Of a DNA stretch of 64,000 nucleotides, positions 1-10,797 are shown in pieces. A program made the translations under genes and the position numbers. The notes beneath the pieces were generated by a model that was not told the DNA's origin, did not search any database, and saw nothing but the letters and a program-made list of their open reading frames with translations. The first letter of the stretch is position 1. Each line of letters begins with the position of its first letter. The DNA comes from Lama guanicoe (lineage: Eukaryota): contig MU055922.1 of the NCBI GenBank assembly GCA_013239625.1, positions 1,071,289 through 1,135,288 on the forward strand, written 5' to 3'.

Positions 1-1858
1 GTGAGTGGCCAGACGTTGGGAAATACGGACCGGGAAGGAGAAGCTGCAGGGGTGATCCTGAGGTGGCCGTCTGCTAGCATGTGGGGCCCCGTGGCTGCAG
101 TCCTGGATGAATGGGGGCTGTTAAGAGGGCCCAGGTGATCATGGCCTGTCCACATTGCAGCCCCAAGGTGTGATACCCCACCAAGAGCACTGGTGAAGAA
201 GAGGAGGAAGATTGGGAAAAAGTCATAGATGTCCCTGTCCCACAGGGTACAGATGAACAGCTCCCTCTCCCAGACTGGAGGCAGCTGACCACCAGGAGAG
301 ATGACTTCCTTTGCCATTATACTGATGATATCCTGTTAGCCTCAGAGTCTCATTCCAGTTTAAAAGTAGCAGCCCCATGCCCGTGGCTCATCTGACTGCA
401 CAGGGCTGGCTGGTGAATACTGACAAAATGCAAGGACCTGGATTTTGTAATGTGTTCCAGCCCCAAGCAATTAGACACAGCCTTTAGGGATATTAATTCA
501 GGGACAGGCTTGTTAATTGGATGTGGCCAATTACCCAGAAGGGTTTGGCCACAGAAGAATAATAAGAGTGCCCCTGGGCTCTGGTCCCGGCTCTGGAAGC
601 GGGCAGAGCAACGATACGGTGTGATGGGACAACAGCTGTGTGCAGTCTACGATGTGTTACAGCAGGTGAGAGACACTACAGGCAGCTCAGCAGAGTCGTC
701 GAGCAATGCAGAAGACCGCCGTCTGGGGTCTAGAACAGCTGTGCAGGAAATACAGGACCCCCATGGACAGAGAGAGCAAACGAGGAACCCACTTTACTGG
801 CCACAACGTTCAGAAACGGGTCTATAAAAATGGCACGCACCGGCATTTCCACCTGCCCGACAAGCCTGCTGCTCGCTGGCTAACTGAAAGGATGAACGAT
901 GGACTCTCTAAACTGCAGCTGAGACGGGAAGCCCGCTCTCTCAGTGTGGGACCAGGAGGCGGACTCTAGCCCTACGAGCTGTAACTGAACACCCCAGGAG
1001 CATGTGCCATGTTAACCCACAGGCAACTGGTCGACACCATCCAAGTTCAACTGGTGACCACCCAAGGACATTGCCAGCTATCAGTCAGGACAGTAACTCA
1101 CTGTTGGCCTTGTCTCAGGATCTACCCCCAGGGGGCACACATTATAAAATGGCCCGGGGCCTGGCAGGGTAAGTCCCTGGTGCTCAGAGTTTGCCACCAC
1201 ACGGGGAATAGGATTTAAGAGGGGCTTAGAGATTTCACCTGTCTTCTGCCTGGCCCCGCCACCTGGCCCCACTGAAGCCTGTGAAGGCAATCCATCAGGG
1301 CCCCGACTGGGGAAAGGTGCCATTATACTAGCCTCGGAGTCGTATCACCTCTCCAGTGTCAGGTACCTGCCGTAGGGGCCGAGGGTGGAGCAGGGACGTG
1401 GCCCTCAGGCCAGGACAGGAACCGCGGCGGGGTGGTACGTCTCAGGGTGCTGGTGCTGCCCGCGTTTTGCGTGATGGTCATGCCCTCCCCTGTGCTGTGC
1501 CTATCAGCACATCTCACATCCCCTCTCCAGCCTGAGTGGGGGGAGTCTGTTCGCAGACTGGGCAACAGCGGTGGCCCCACTGCACGATGAGTCTGATTGC
1601 TGGGTCTGCAGCGAGATGCCGTGGACAGCTGGCCCGGCCAGTGTGACCACACAGGGATGGCTGAAGACTCCCACCTCCTTCTGTCCCCCAAGCCAAGTAC
1701 CCGGCTTACTCTTGATCCTCTTTAGCTGCTGGTGTCTGTCTTGCATTTGTGGTACTCGGTTACAGTGCACTTCTACAAACCTGACCCCAGGGAGATCGTG
1801 GAAGAGGGGTGACCATGGCCAGGATCCTAAGGGCCAGGCAGAGTATGTAGGGGTGGAG
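1..1858 (+). mobile_element. Decayed, internally deleted class III (ERVL-like) endogenous retrovirus internal region: RT, RNase H and integrase remnants plus a possible env remnant
   Basis: Translatable fragments occur in retroviral order. HYTDDILL at 315-338 is the RT YxDD motif. GWLVNTDKMQGP starts at 404. GLWSRLWKRAEQRY..QQLCAVY at about 575-650 is RNase H/connection-like. GTHFTGHNVQK..HFHLP..AA..TERMN in ORF 706-969 is integrase core. DCWVCSEMP lies at about 1595-1621. Polypurine tract AGGGGTGGAG at 1849-1858. Multiple frameshifts. Confidence 0.85.
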
Positions 1859-2343
1859 TGTATGGTTAGGCCATTCAAGATGGCTGTCCTCTTGCTCTCT
1901 GCTCATCCTCTGCTCGCCCAGACCCCGCTTCACTCACATGACTATCCAACCCTCATAATTATAGGGCTTAATCACTCACGGCCTATGTGCTTGCCCCGCC
2001 CCAGCCACTGGTTTCCCTGGTAACTGATGGGCCAACCTGATGTCAATTGCTCCTGTAAATTGTGGCCTCCTGCTCCCCAGAGAGGCAAAGGTTGCTGCCA
2101 TGTCCTGCCTGCTGGCTGCTGTGCTCAGTGGGGTGTTGCTCCAGGACCTTCTGCTTGGATGTATAAGATCCCTTATCCAGTTAACTGTTGATTGTCTCTG
2201 TCGGCTGTCACTAGGTCATTACAAGGCTTGCCAGCCTGCAAGGGACAGCTCAACAGTGTGTGTATCCCTTAGTCTTGTGTGTAGAAAACCCTGTGTCATC
2301 TGTGAATGTAATTGTGGTACTTCCTCTTCCAACCTGAGTATCA
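1859..2343 (+). mobile_element. 3' LTR of the ERVL-like element (family not assigned)
   Basis: Starts with TG immediately after the PPT, has a TATA-like TATAAGA at 2162-2168, and ends at CA (2342-2343) where L1-like sequence begins. About 485 bp. Confidence 0.6.
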
Positions 2344-3350
2344 TTTGTTTGCCTGATTAAGTTATGCTGGCTAGATCCTCAAGTGCAATGTTGGACAGAA
2401 GAGGGAAAAGTGGATGTCCTTGGACGTCCTTGGTCTGTTCTTGATGCTCAAGGGAAACATTCAGCCCTTCACCATGAAGTATGATACTGGGGTTTCACTG
2501 ATGGCTTTGATTGGGTTGAGTGTTTTTATCATGAAAGGATGATGGAGTCCTAGTTTGGGCTGCTGTAAAAATTACCGTAGACCAGGTAGCTTAAACAACA
2601 GGTGTGTCTCACAGTTCCGGAGGCTGGGGAGTCCCAGAGAAGGGTGCCAGCATGGCTGGATGATGGAGAGAGATGTCCTCCTGGCTGGTAGACGCTGTCT
2701 TCTTTCTGTGCCCTCGTACAGCAGACAGCAAAGAGAGGAGGGAGAGCGAGCTCTCCTGTCTCTTTCTAGAAGGGCACTAATCCCGTTTGTGAGACGCCCA
2801 CCCTCATGACCCAAGGCCCCACCTCCTAACACCATCACACGTGAGCTTGGGGGAGGACAAACATTTAGTCCATATTCAGTTGGGTTTTGTCTTTTTTAGT
2901 TTCTATCTTGTGATTTGTCAACAATGATAGAGCACTTTTTTTTTCACATGTGAAACCAACCTTACAATCCTGGGATAAATCCCACGTGGTCATGGTGCAT
3001 AATCCCCTTTATACATAGCTGGATTCTGTTTGTTAGTATTTTCTTGAGGATTTTTGTATCTATGTTAATAAGAGATAGTGGTCTGCAGTTTTCCTGTAAT
3101 GTCTGTTTCTGGTTTTGGTATCAAGATAATACCTCACAGAACGAGTTGGGACGCGTTCCCTCTTCCATTTTTGGTAAGCGTTTATGAAAGGTTGTTAATT
3201 CTTTAAATGCCTGGCAGTACTCTAGTGAATCTGTCTGTTCCTGGACCATGTTGTGGGAATTTTTTTCACGAATTCAGCCTCCTTACTTGTTATAGGTGTA
3301 TTCAGATCAGAGTATCTATTTCTTGCATCAGTTTTCTATCTTTCGTCTTC
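2344..3350 (-). mobile_element. Old L1 (L1M-type) ORF2 fragment, split by an MLT1 LTR
   Basis: Typical antisense L1 ORF2 text (ctggctagatcctcaagtgcaatgttg; ccaaccttacaatcctgggataaatcccac; gaggatttttgtatctatgtt) that continues on both sides of the MLT1. Confidence 0.75.
2546..2878 (-). mobile_element. MaLR solo LTR (MLT1A-like)
   Basis: Recognisable motifs gggctgctgtaaaaattacc, gcttaaacaaca, tctcacagttccggaggctggga, cccacctcctaacaccatcac, acaaacatttagtccata. Flanked by 5-bp GATGG/GTTGG (2541-2545, 2879-2883). Confidence 0.8.
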
Positions 3351-3533
3351 ACAAAGCGCACCGTGCTACCACAACACAGGAGCCCTGAGGAGCTCCTCGG
3401 GGACAATGGGGAGCCTCGGGCGCCCTTCTCAGTGTGCAGAAATGCTCTGGGAAGATGCAGGGCACCCCCTCTTCTGGCTTCTGTGGTGGGGACCTCTCAA
3501 CTTGCTGATTTCCAGGCGTGTTCTGTCCTGCAG

Positions 3534-3666
3534 GGCACTCAACACAAGCCAGCTGAAGGCCCTGAGTATCGAAATGCTGCCTGGATATCGTGATCCCTAC
3601 TCGTCCAGGCCTCTCACCAGGGGTGAGATCGGCTGCTTCCTTAGCCACTACTCTGTCTGGAAAGAG
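3534..3666 (+). CDS. COLGALT2: COLGALT2 internal coding exon ([44 protein letters not shown])
   Basis: ctgcag|G acceptor and GAG|gtaaac donor. Carries the GT25-family GEIGCFLSH motif. 133 bp, in frame with the next exon. Confidence 0.95.
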
Positions 3667-4019
3667 GTAAACGATGCTTCATTCAGATGTGCAGTTGTGT
3701 GATGAAGAAGAAGGGGCGTGGGACTTTGTAGGTGAATTAGGGCCAGATATAAAGTGGACCCATAGCTGTTCTGGGAGTATGCTGGGAAGCTGGTGTTCCC
3801 TCGTGTCCCCTCAGACACCAGACTAGTGACAAGCAGGGAGGGGTAGCTTTGGTGCCACGTGGGACGATGGCTGGGGACGACGCTCACGTTCCGGGGGCCA
3901 CACTCGTGCTGATGCGTCCTCACCCTTAGTAGGAATGCCTTGTGTGTATCTAGCATGTCATCGGTTATTAAGTGATTCAACACAGGAAGCCACCCAGAAG
4001 CCGCGTGAGGTGGGTGGCG

Positions 4020-4115
4020 GGGGATGGGCCCATTCTACCCAAGAGAAAATAAATAAATATCTTGGCCAGGCAAGAAGTGGCAGAGCCAGGACTTGAACCC
4101 ATGCCTTCCAGATCA
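4020..4115 (-). mobile_element. MIR SINE fragment
   Basis: MIR core-like text: cccattctacc..aagtggcagagccaggacttgaaccca. Confidence 0.5.
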
Positions 4116-4254
4116 GACATTGATGGGGGTGGTACTGAAGGTGGGGGGTTCTAGACTAAGGGCCAGTTCCCACAAGAAAACAGCCCCCAAAGAAAGGCGC
4201 CTTGAAAGGGCCTTGTCTTAATGATCCAGTCTATGCCTGTCTTCTTTATTCTTC

Positions 4255-4730
4255 ACACTTGACATGAAATTTTATAGACAGAAGTATATGGAACATAAGG
4301 TGCAAGCCAGTGAAGTTTCACAAGTTAAGCAGCACGACCACGTTAACCAGCATGTGGCTCACGCGGCAGGTCACTGGCAGGTCACCGGCAGGTCACCAGC
4401 AGGTCACTGGCAGGTCACCGGCATGTCACCAGCACCCAGAAGCTCGTCTCCCCTCTGTGTTTCTTTCAGGCCATCAGTCCCCAGCGGTGATCACTGTCTT
4501 GGCTTCTAACAGCACAGAATAGTTTTGTCCACTTTTGTCCACTTTCTATATGAATGGGACTGTATGGCGCATAGAATCTCTCAGACATTATGAGATTCAT
4601 CCATGATGCTGTGTTTAATTGCAGATCAGTTCCTTGCACTGCTGTAAATGTGCCAGTTTATCTGCCTGTCCTCCTGTGATGGGCATCTGCTTAGGCTCCA
4701 GCTCTGAGCTCTAACATGCTGCGCCACCAC
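4255..4730 (-). mobile_element. Old L1 (L1MC/L1MB-like) 3' UTR fragment
   Basis: Antisense L1 3'-end text: accagcacccagaag, ttctaacagcacagaatagttttg, tgagattcatccatgatgctg, cctgtgatgggcatctg. Confidence 0.6.
4368..4433 (+). repeat. Minisatellite: 6 x 11 bp (AGGTCAcyrgc) organised as 2 x 33 bp
   Basis: AGGTCActggc AGGTCAccggc AGGTCAccagc AGGTCActggc AGGTCAccggc ATGTCAccagc, read directly from the sequence. Confidence 0.95.
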
Positions 4731-4809
4731 ACTCTCGACTCTTCGATACTTGTTAAATAAAGAACAGGTGCCAAGCTTCTCACAGGACGTCCTCTGATGC
4801 CCTTCACAG

Positions 4810-4937
4810 GTGATTGACCGAGAGCTGGAGAAGGCCCTTGTCATTGAGGACGACGTGCGTTTTGAACATCAGTTTAAGAAGAAACTGATGACGCTGATGG
4901 ATGACATTGACCGGGCTCAGCTGGACTGGGAACTGAT
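4810..4937 (+). CDS. COLGALT2: COLGALT2 internal coding exon ([43 protein letters not shown])
   Basis: cacag|GTG acceptor and AT|gtgagt donor. Carries the EDD acidic motif of GT25 enzymes. 128 bp. Not in the ORF track. Confidence 0.95.
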
Positions 4938-5534
4938 GTGAGTGACAAGACGAGCTTGTCAGGGAGCACTGGGGGCTTTCGGTTCTCTCCGAGGGGCAGA
5001 GCGCCTCCTCTCCCCAGCGCGTAGGCGATACGGCTCAAGCTTCCATTTTCCTGGTTTTCCTCCATAAATGTTCCCAGAAACAAGAAGTGAGTGGAGGAGA
5101 GCCTCCGGTTTTTGCATGTCTGTGTGCTGCAGGGTGAGAAGCTATGGGAGGTTCTTTGAGACGTGGGGTCTGGCTGCAGATCAAGGGCCTTCAGGCTCAG
5201 CGCTCACCTGGGAACACAGCAGAAGTGGTACATGGCGGGAGTGTGTGGAGGGAGGAGGGGGCGCTCGTTCAAGGGCGAGGGTCCCGTGTCACCCTTAAGC
5301 CTCAGCTCCCAGGTGGACGGGTTTCCTCTGCAGCCCCTGATGGTGTGGGAGGTTTGGAATGTCAGCGGGCGTGCTCCTGTTGGGGAGGGAGGCTGCCCAA
5401 CAGGACAGAATGCTGACAGCTGGGTTTGAGGGCTCAGAGGCTGTCTTCAGAAAGCCAGGCTCACCAAAGGGAGCACTGGCTCTGAGCCGACATTTAGTTA
5501 ATGCTCGTTGCCAGCTGCCTTGGGAACTGAGCTT

Positions 5535-5558
5535 TCTCTCTCTCTCTCTCTCTCTCTC
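5535..5558. repeat. (TC)12 microsatellite
   Basis: Read directly from the sequence. Confidence 0.9.
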
Positions 5559-6424
5559 ATTTTCTTTTTACACTAAAATAACACTTTTTGCTTCTCTCCA
5601 GTGAAGCAGAAAGTTCCCAAGCGTGATGTGCACTTCCCAGCTGTGTGTCAAAGGCAGTTTCATCAGACCAGGGGCTGTTCCTTTGCGGCAGCTGCGGGAG
5701 ACAGGCCGTCCCTGCCCCTCCCATCCTCAGGGGGACGCTTAGCTGTGGGCCCAGGGGGAATGTTTGTTCTCTTAGAAAATGTGCCATTCTGAGCTTGAAA
5801 GGAGCCTAGGGATGGCTCAGCTAACCCGTGGGACGTAGACCCAGAAATCGGTACCATGTGATTTAAAAGACTGGCTCCCTGTCAGGTACCAGTCATGTGA
5901 TTAGATTCTGTGCTGTCTCTTAAGGTCACTGTTCCTATAATCCTCCAGAATCCCCTGCTCGTCAGCCTGTGGTTCCGGCCTCGCAGGCACGGAGCCGGGG
6001 AGCTGGTCTATGCCTCCATGACATGCACAGAGGCCTTGGAGTCACAGAGGGCTGGGCTCGGGGAGTCTGAGGCTTGGGATCGACACATGCCCCTGTTCAC
6101 GTGTAGTTTCTCTGATACATTTCCCGGGACAGGGTACCAGCAGATCCAAGAAAGAAGAATGATCGTCCTGATAAAGATACAGGGGAAAAAAAGATGTTTC
6201 CCAGACTTGATCAAGTCAAACTATCACACTGAGATCTATTATAGACTCATCAAGACTTATAGTGGCTTCAGACTGCTCACATCTCACTTTCTAAAGTGAA
6301 TGAAACAAACATTACTTAAATTCAGAATGTGAAAGCGGACAGGCTGTCCATGGCTGCTGTATTGGGTTTCTTCGGAGAAAGGAAGTTGTAAAAAGGGAGA
6401 AAAGAGCAAGTCGTTATCTAGGGC

Positions 6425-6850
6425 AGCGCGTCCAACAGAACTATAACGTGAACCACCCAACGCTTCAGATTTTCTAGTAATCGCATTGAAAAGATAAAAA
6501 TGAGTGGAATTAACTTTAATAATTATATTTAACCCAACATATCCAAATTATTTTAATATGTAAGCAGTACTTTACAACTATTAATGAGAGAGTCCATGTT
6601 CTTTTTTCATCCTGTCTTCAAAATCCAGTGTGTATTTTGCAGACACAACACATTCTCCATCCAGGTAAATTTTCAGCTGTTGAAGTAACCTGTGGTCCTG
6701 CCAAAATATAATGGTACATCTTGTGTAATGGAAAAAAATACTTTATACATCTTTAATTTTTAATTAAAATTGAAATTTAGTAAAATTAATAAACTGAGTA
6801 CAAACCCCCATCCCTCAGCCACTCTGGCCGCATCTCAAGTGTTGAGTAGA
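6425..6850. mobile_element. hAT-Charlie DNA transposon remnant (MER33/Charlie5-like)
   Basis: Begins cagcgcgtccaacagaactataa. Internal text aattaactttaataattatatttaacccaacatatccaa and tcttcaaaatccagtgtgtatttt matches MER33 as I recall it. Confidence 0.7.
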
Positions 6851-7828
6851 ATTTTCTCTTGCACTTTGTGTAAGAGAGCAATCCAGGCTCTTGGGTCCTG
6901 AGGAGACAGTGGCCGGGAGGCTGACGTGTTTGTCCTCAGAAGGACTGAAGGTGAACACAGGCTTGTTCTGCAAATCCTGGGATGTTTCGACAAGAGGGAT
7001 CCCTTGAGCATTGAAAGAGACAGTTTCAGGCAAAACAGAGGAAGTCAGCTTTATCGAGTGAGCGGGGAGCGGACGTCCTCAGCTTGCTCCAGACAAGTGG
7101 AAGCGACTCAGTTCCAGACACAGTGATGCGTTGCCGATGCGTGATGGGGCTAGGGAAGGTGGGAAGGCTGAGGGCACCTCCCGTGTTACAGAAGTTGTTT
7201 GTGGATGGCAGGACACGACTGGGGACAGAGCACCCAGGAGGAAGCGTGGGCACGGCTCGGGGAAGAGGAGAAGGCCCATGGGTGTTGTCATGCTTTACGC
7301 ACCCCCCCAACTCCCGAGGAAACCCCCTCGGGCGCCTCTTGGGTTCCAACCTCCTTTACTGCAGGCTGTGTCTTCCCCGCGGCCTCTTCTGTGGTGTGTT
7401 TACCACCAGCATGTGGAGAGCTGTGCAGGAAATACTGAAGGCGAAAACTCTGGGGACTCGAAAGCAAACTCCAGATTCTCACATCTGGCCGTTTTTGTCC
7501 CCTTCCAACCTCTGTGAGCACAGCTGGAAATCCCATACTGTCTTTGAGAAGTGATCTCAGAGTTTTTTTTAAATCTCTCTACATCTCAGCAGTCAGGCTT
7601 GAATAGTCTTCCAGGCAAAAATAGTTGGGGTGTTGATAAGGGGAACCAGCGAAATGGGCCCACTGATGGCCGGTGACCCACATGGTGGACGTGATGTGTC
7701 TCGTATGATACGTTCAATATGCGACACACTGGGTCCAGGCTTTCATAAGTGTGTGCAAAGCTGTGATCTGTTCTCATGGATGTCCCGTATTTGAACTGGA
7801 ATCTTCCCCTCCGCCCACTTCCTTTTAG

Positions 7829-8035
7829 TTATATTGGCAGGAAGAGGATGCAAGTAAAAGAGCCGGAGAAAGCCGTGCCCCACGTAGCAAATCTGGTTGA
7901 AGCCGACTATTCCTACTGGACGCTGGGCTACGCCATCTCCCTGGAGGGAGCACAGAAGCTGGTAGGAGCCAATCCGTTTGGGAAGATGCTGCCAGTGGAT
8001 GAGTTCCTGCCGATCATGTACAACAAACACCCTGT
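7829..8035 (+). CDS. COLGALT2: COLGALT2 penultimate coding exon ([48 protein letters not shown])
   Basis: ttttag|T acceptor and GT|gtgagt donor. 207 bp, phase 2-2. Conserved LPVDEFLP motif. Confidence 0.96.
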
Positions 8036-8619
8036 GTGAGTCGCCCTGAGCTGCCCGCTTGTCCCTCTGAGCACAGCCCACTTGTGAATTATACTACTTG
8101 GCTTCTGGGTAACGCTTGGCATTTTTAAAGGGGTGCTGCCTTCCCAAATGATCTTTCCACAGTCGTGACCCAGAGAGGCTGACATGAGTGATCTTCCCCT
8201 TTTCTAGATGGGGAAGAAAAGGCAGGAGTCACGAGTCCTGCATAGGAGTCCCCTTTGACCCCCAGTGGGTCGTTTAACTGGACGTAATCTGCTCAGGCTT
8301 CTCCCCCTTCCTTACTTCCGTAAATCCACACCCTCAAGGTGAAGGTTGTCCTCCTAAGCACCTCAGATTTTTCAGCGCATTTCTTAGTCCATTGTGTGTG
8401 CTGTTGGCCAGGCGGTGGCGCACAAGCTAGTTGGGAACCCAGATCGTGAACAGTCACCGTGATGTACTGTGATGCCTGCGATCACAGATGCGTTAGAGGC
8501 TCAGGGAGAGAGGAGGTGGCCTCTGAGCAGGGAGTCCGTACAAGAAGGCAGTGTGGCGCTCGGGTTCCTGAAGCCCAGGCGTTCACTCTGACCTAGCTTT
8601 TCTCAAGGACGTGGGGACT

Positions 8620-8745
8620 GATGATCTGGTGTCAGTCTCCCCACTAACCGGTGAGCCCCTGAGGCAGGAAGTCTTTTATCTCTGTGTCCGTAGAGCCTAG
8701 TCCAAACTCTACACAGAACAGCAGCTCAATCGGTGCTTCCTAAAT
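8620..8745 (+). mobile_element. L2 LINE 3' end fragment
   Basis: L2-like text: tctccccactaaccggtgagcccctgaggcagg..cagcagctcaat. Confidence 0.5.
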
Positions 8746-9475
8746 TCATTAACGGAGCAGGAAACCGAGTTCTGACCTCGGCTGCTTCTCTCAGTTGCTG
8801 GGCGATCTCCTCATGGGATGGTCTTCATTTTGCGGTTGAGCCGTCCTGTCCTGCATCTTCCTCACTTGGTCTCCTGTCCTCAGTCAAGATGGACAACATG
8901 TGGGAGACTGACTTTTATCTCTGCGACCCAGCAGAAACATGGAGGTCAACCCTCATCCCCTTAACAGAGAGGAAGTTAAGACCAGCGGTGCCCTCACTGG
9001 CCAGCAGCCGAGCAGCTGTCGCCCTGTATAATCTGCACGGGAGCCCTGAGAGGGAGGCCAGGTCCTCCCTCCCCTTCCCTCTCGCAGGCATCCTCCAAGC
9101 CTGCACCGCGCACTTACCCCACCGCTGCCGTCCGGCTCCCAGCCGTCTGACTGATTACTCCAGGAACAGGGCATTTCTACAAAGTGGTCACACTTATTTA
9201 TCATGATGGTCCAACAGAGCTTACATTTTTAGAGTAAGACCTGAAATTCATTTTTTAAACTAGTCTATCCAAATACAGCAGAGGTTACCTGACCCTTTTT
9301 GTGTGTATTTGTTTAGATCATTTGAAAGCTTTTAAAGAAGACTGTGTGGTGTTTATAGACGAAGGTTTTCCACAAAGAACACAACTTAATCAAATGAACC
9401 CACGAGCATGTGAGAGGTGACAGGCAGGGCTCTTTCTTCCTGCTGTGCAAGCACGCCTTCCTCTCTCGTTCTCAG

Positions 9476-9752
9476 AGCCGAGTACATGGAGCATTACGAG
9501 TCCAGAGACTTGAAAGCCTTCTCCGCAGAACCGCTGCTCATCTACCCGACACACTACACAGGCCAGCCGGGGTATCTGAGCGACACGGAGACCTCCACCA
9601 TCTGGGACAATGAGACGGTGGCCACTGACTGGGACAGGACACATGCCTGGAAGTCCCGGAAGCAAGCTCACATCCCCCGCGGTGGCAAGAACACAGAGGC
9701 CCTGCCACCGCCAACCTCCCTGGACACTGTGCCTTCAAAAGATGAGCTATGA
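9476..9752 (+). CDS. COLGALT2: COLGALT2 last coding exon, ending ..TSLDTVPSKDEL* (ER retrieval signal)
   Basis: ctcag|A acceptor after a pyrimidine tract. Encodes FSAEPLLIYPTHYTGQPGYLSDTETS. TGA at 9750-9752. The four exons splice into one open frame. Confidence 0.96.
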
Positions 9753-10797
9753 ATTCTCCACGGGGGCTTCACCACCCTTTGGTTTTTTAATGGGCTATTC
9801 ATCTGGGTTTGCTCCAGTTTCTTTTTAGTGTCATGACGGCCATCTAACCAGAGTGATCTAATGGTCCAAATTAATATATTTCTGACAGGGGAGGAGACTA
9901 GGGAAACGAAACCCGAATTCCCTAGGGTGACTGGAAAATAGGCTTTATGGCAACTGTTAAGATGAACTTCAGTCCAGTCGCCTTGCCCTTCAGCTCATCA
10001 CCCATGTGACACTGGCTCCCACATCAAGGTAGAACAGTATGGCTCAGACTTGTCCGAAGGAAAGGCCGTCACCACGCTGTCACATCAGTAAATGGGTAGA
10101 CCAGGCAGCCAAGCCAACGGGACCACATCTGGTCTGCTGGGCGCATTTTATGTCCTAGATGTGACCTTGAAAACTTGAATACGTTCCAAGTTTGGGTGGC
10201 TGGGCGGGGAATCAGATCACTTAAAATCAGTTTAATTAGGCTTTTTCTTTAAAGGCACTGGTCGTGAGCCTCACTGCAAAGTGAGTTTTGCATCTTAGTC
10301 CTCCTTATCCGACAGGGATGGGCATTGGGGTCTGTCTGAGACGTGGCCTTTGACTCTCGTGGCAACTGAAGCTCAAAGAGGTGTCCCGTTTGCCATGTGG
10401 ATATAGTTTGGTAGATACTTGAGGGTTTGTGTAGATATCTGAGGAAAACCCTCGAACTTTGGCCTTCTTTTTGGTGGTCACTTGGGTGGGGGTGCTCTAT
10501 TTATGAAGATAAATTTAATATATAAGGGGTTAGGGCTGGTGTGTGGCTCCTGTCCCAGGGGGTCACGTGCTGTAGGTCAGACTCTCCCTTCCACCTGAGC
10601 CTGGGGATGAATTGCAGGTGTGAGTTTTATGAGTCACTGTTAAGAGGCAGAGCACATTTTTAGGCCAGCAGCTGTCCTTGCCTGGGATTTTCATTCTATT
10701 TTGAATTATTTATTTTACAAAATGTAGGGGAAATGTTTGCAGGAAGAGGCAGAGAAACAGGTGTGCCAAGCTTTCACTGCCCCCTGGGGAGGGGTCA

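Noticed and set aside
450-969. ORFs 450-827 and 706-969 as intact genes
   Set aside because: They are frameshifted fragments of retroviral pol, not complete proteins.
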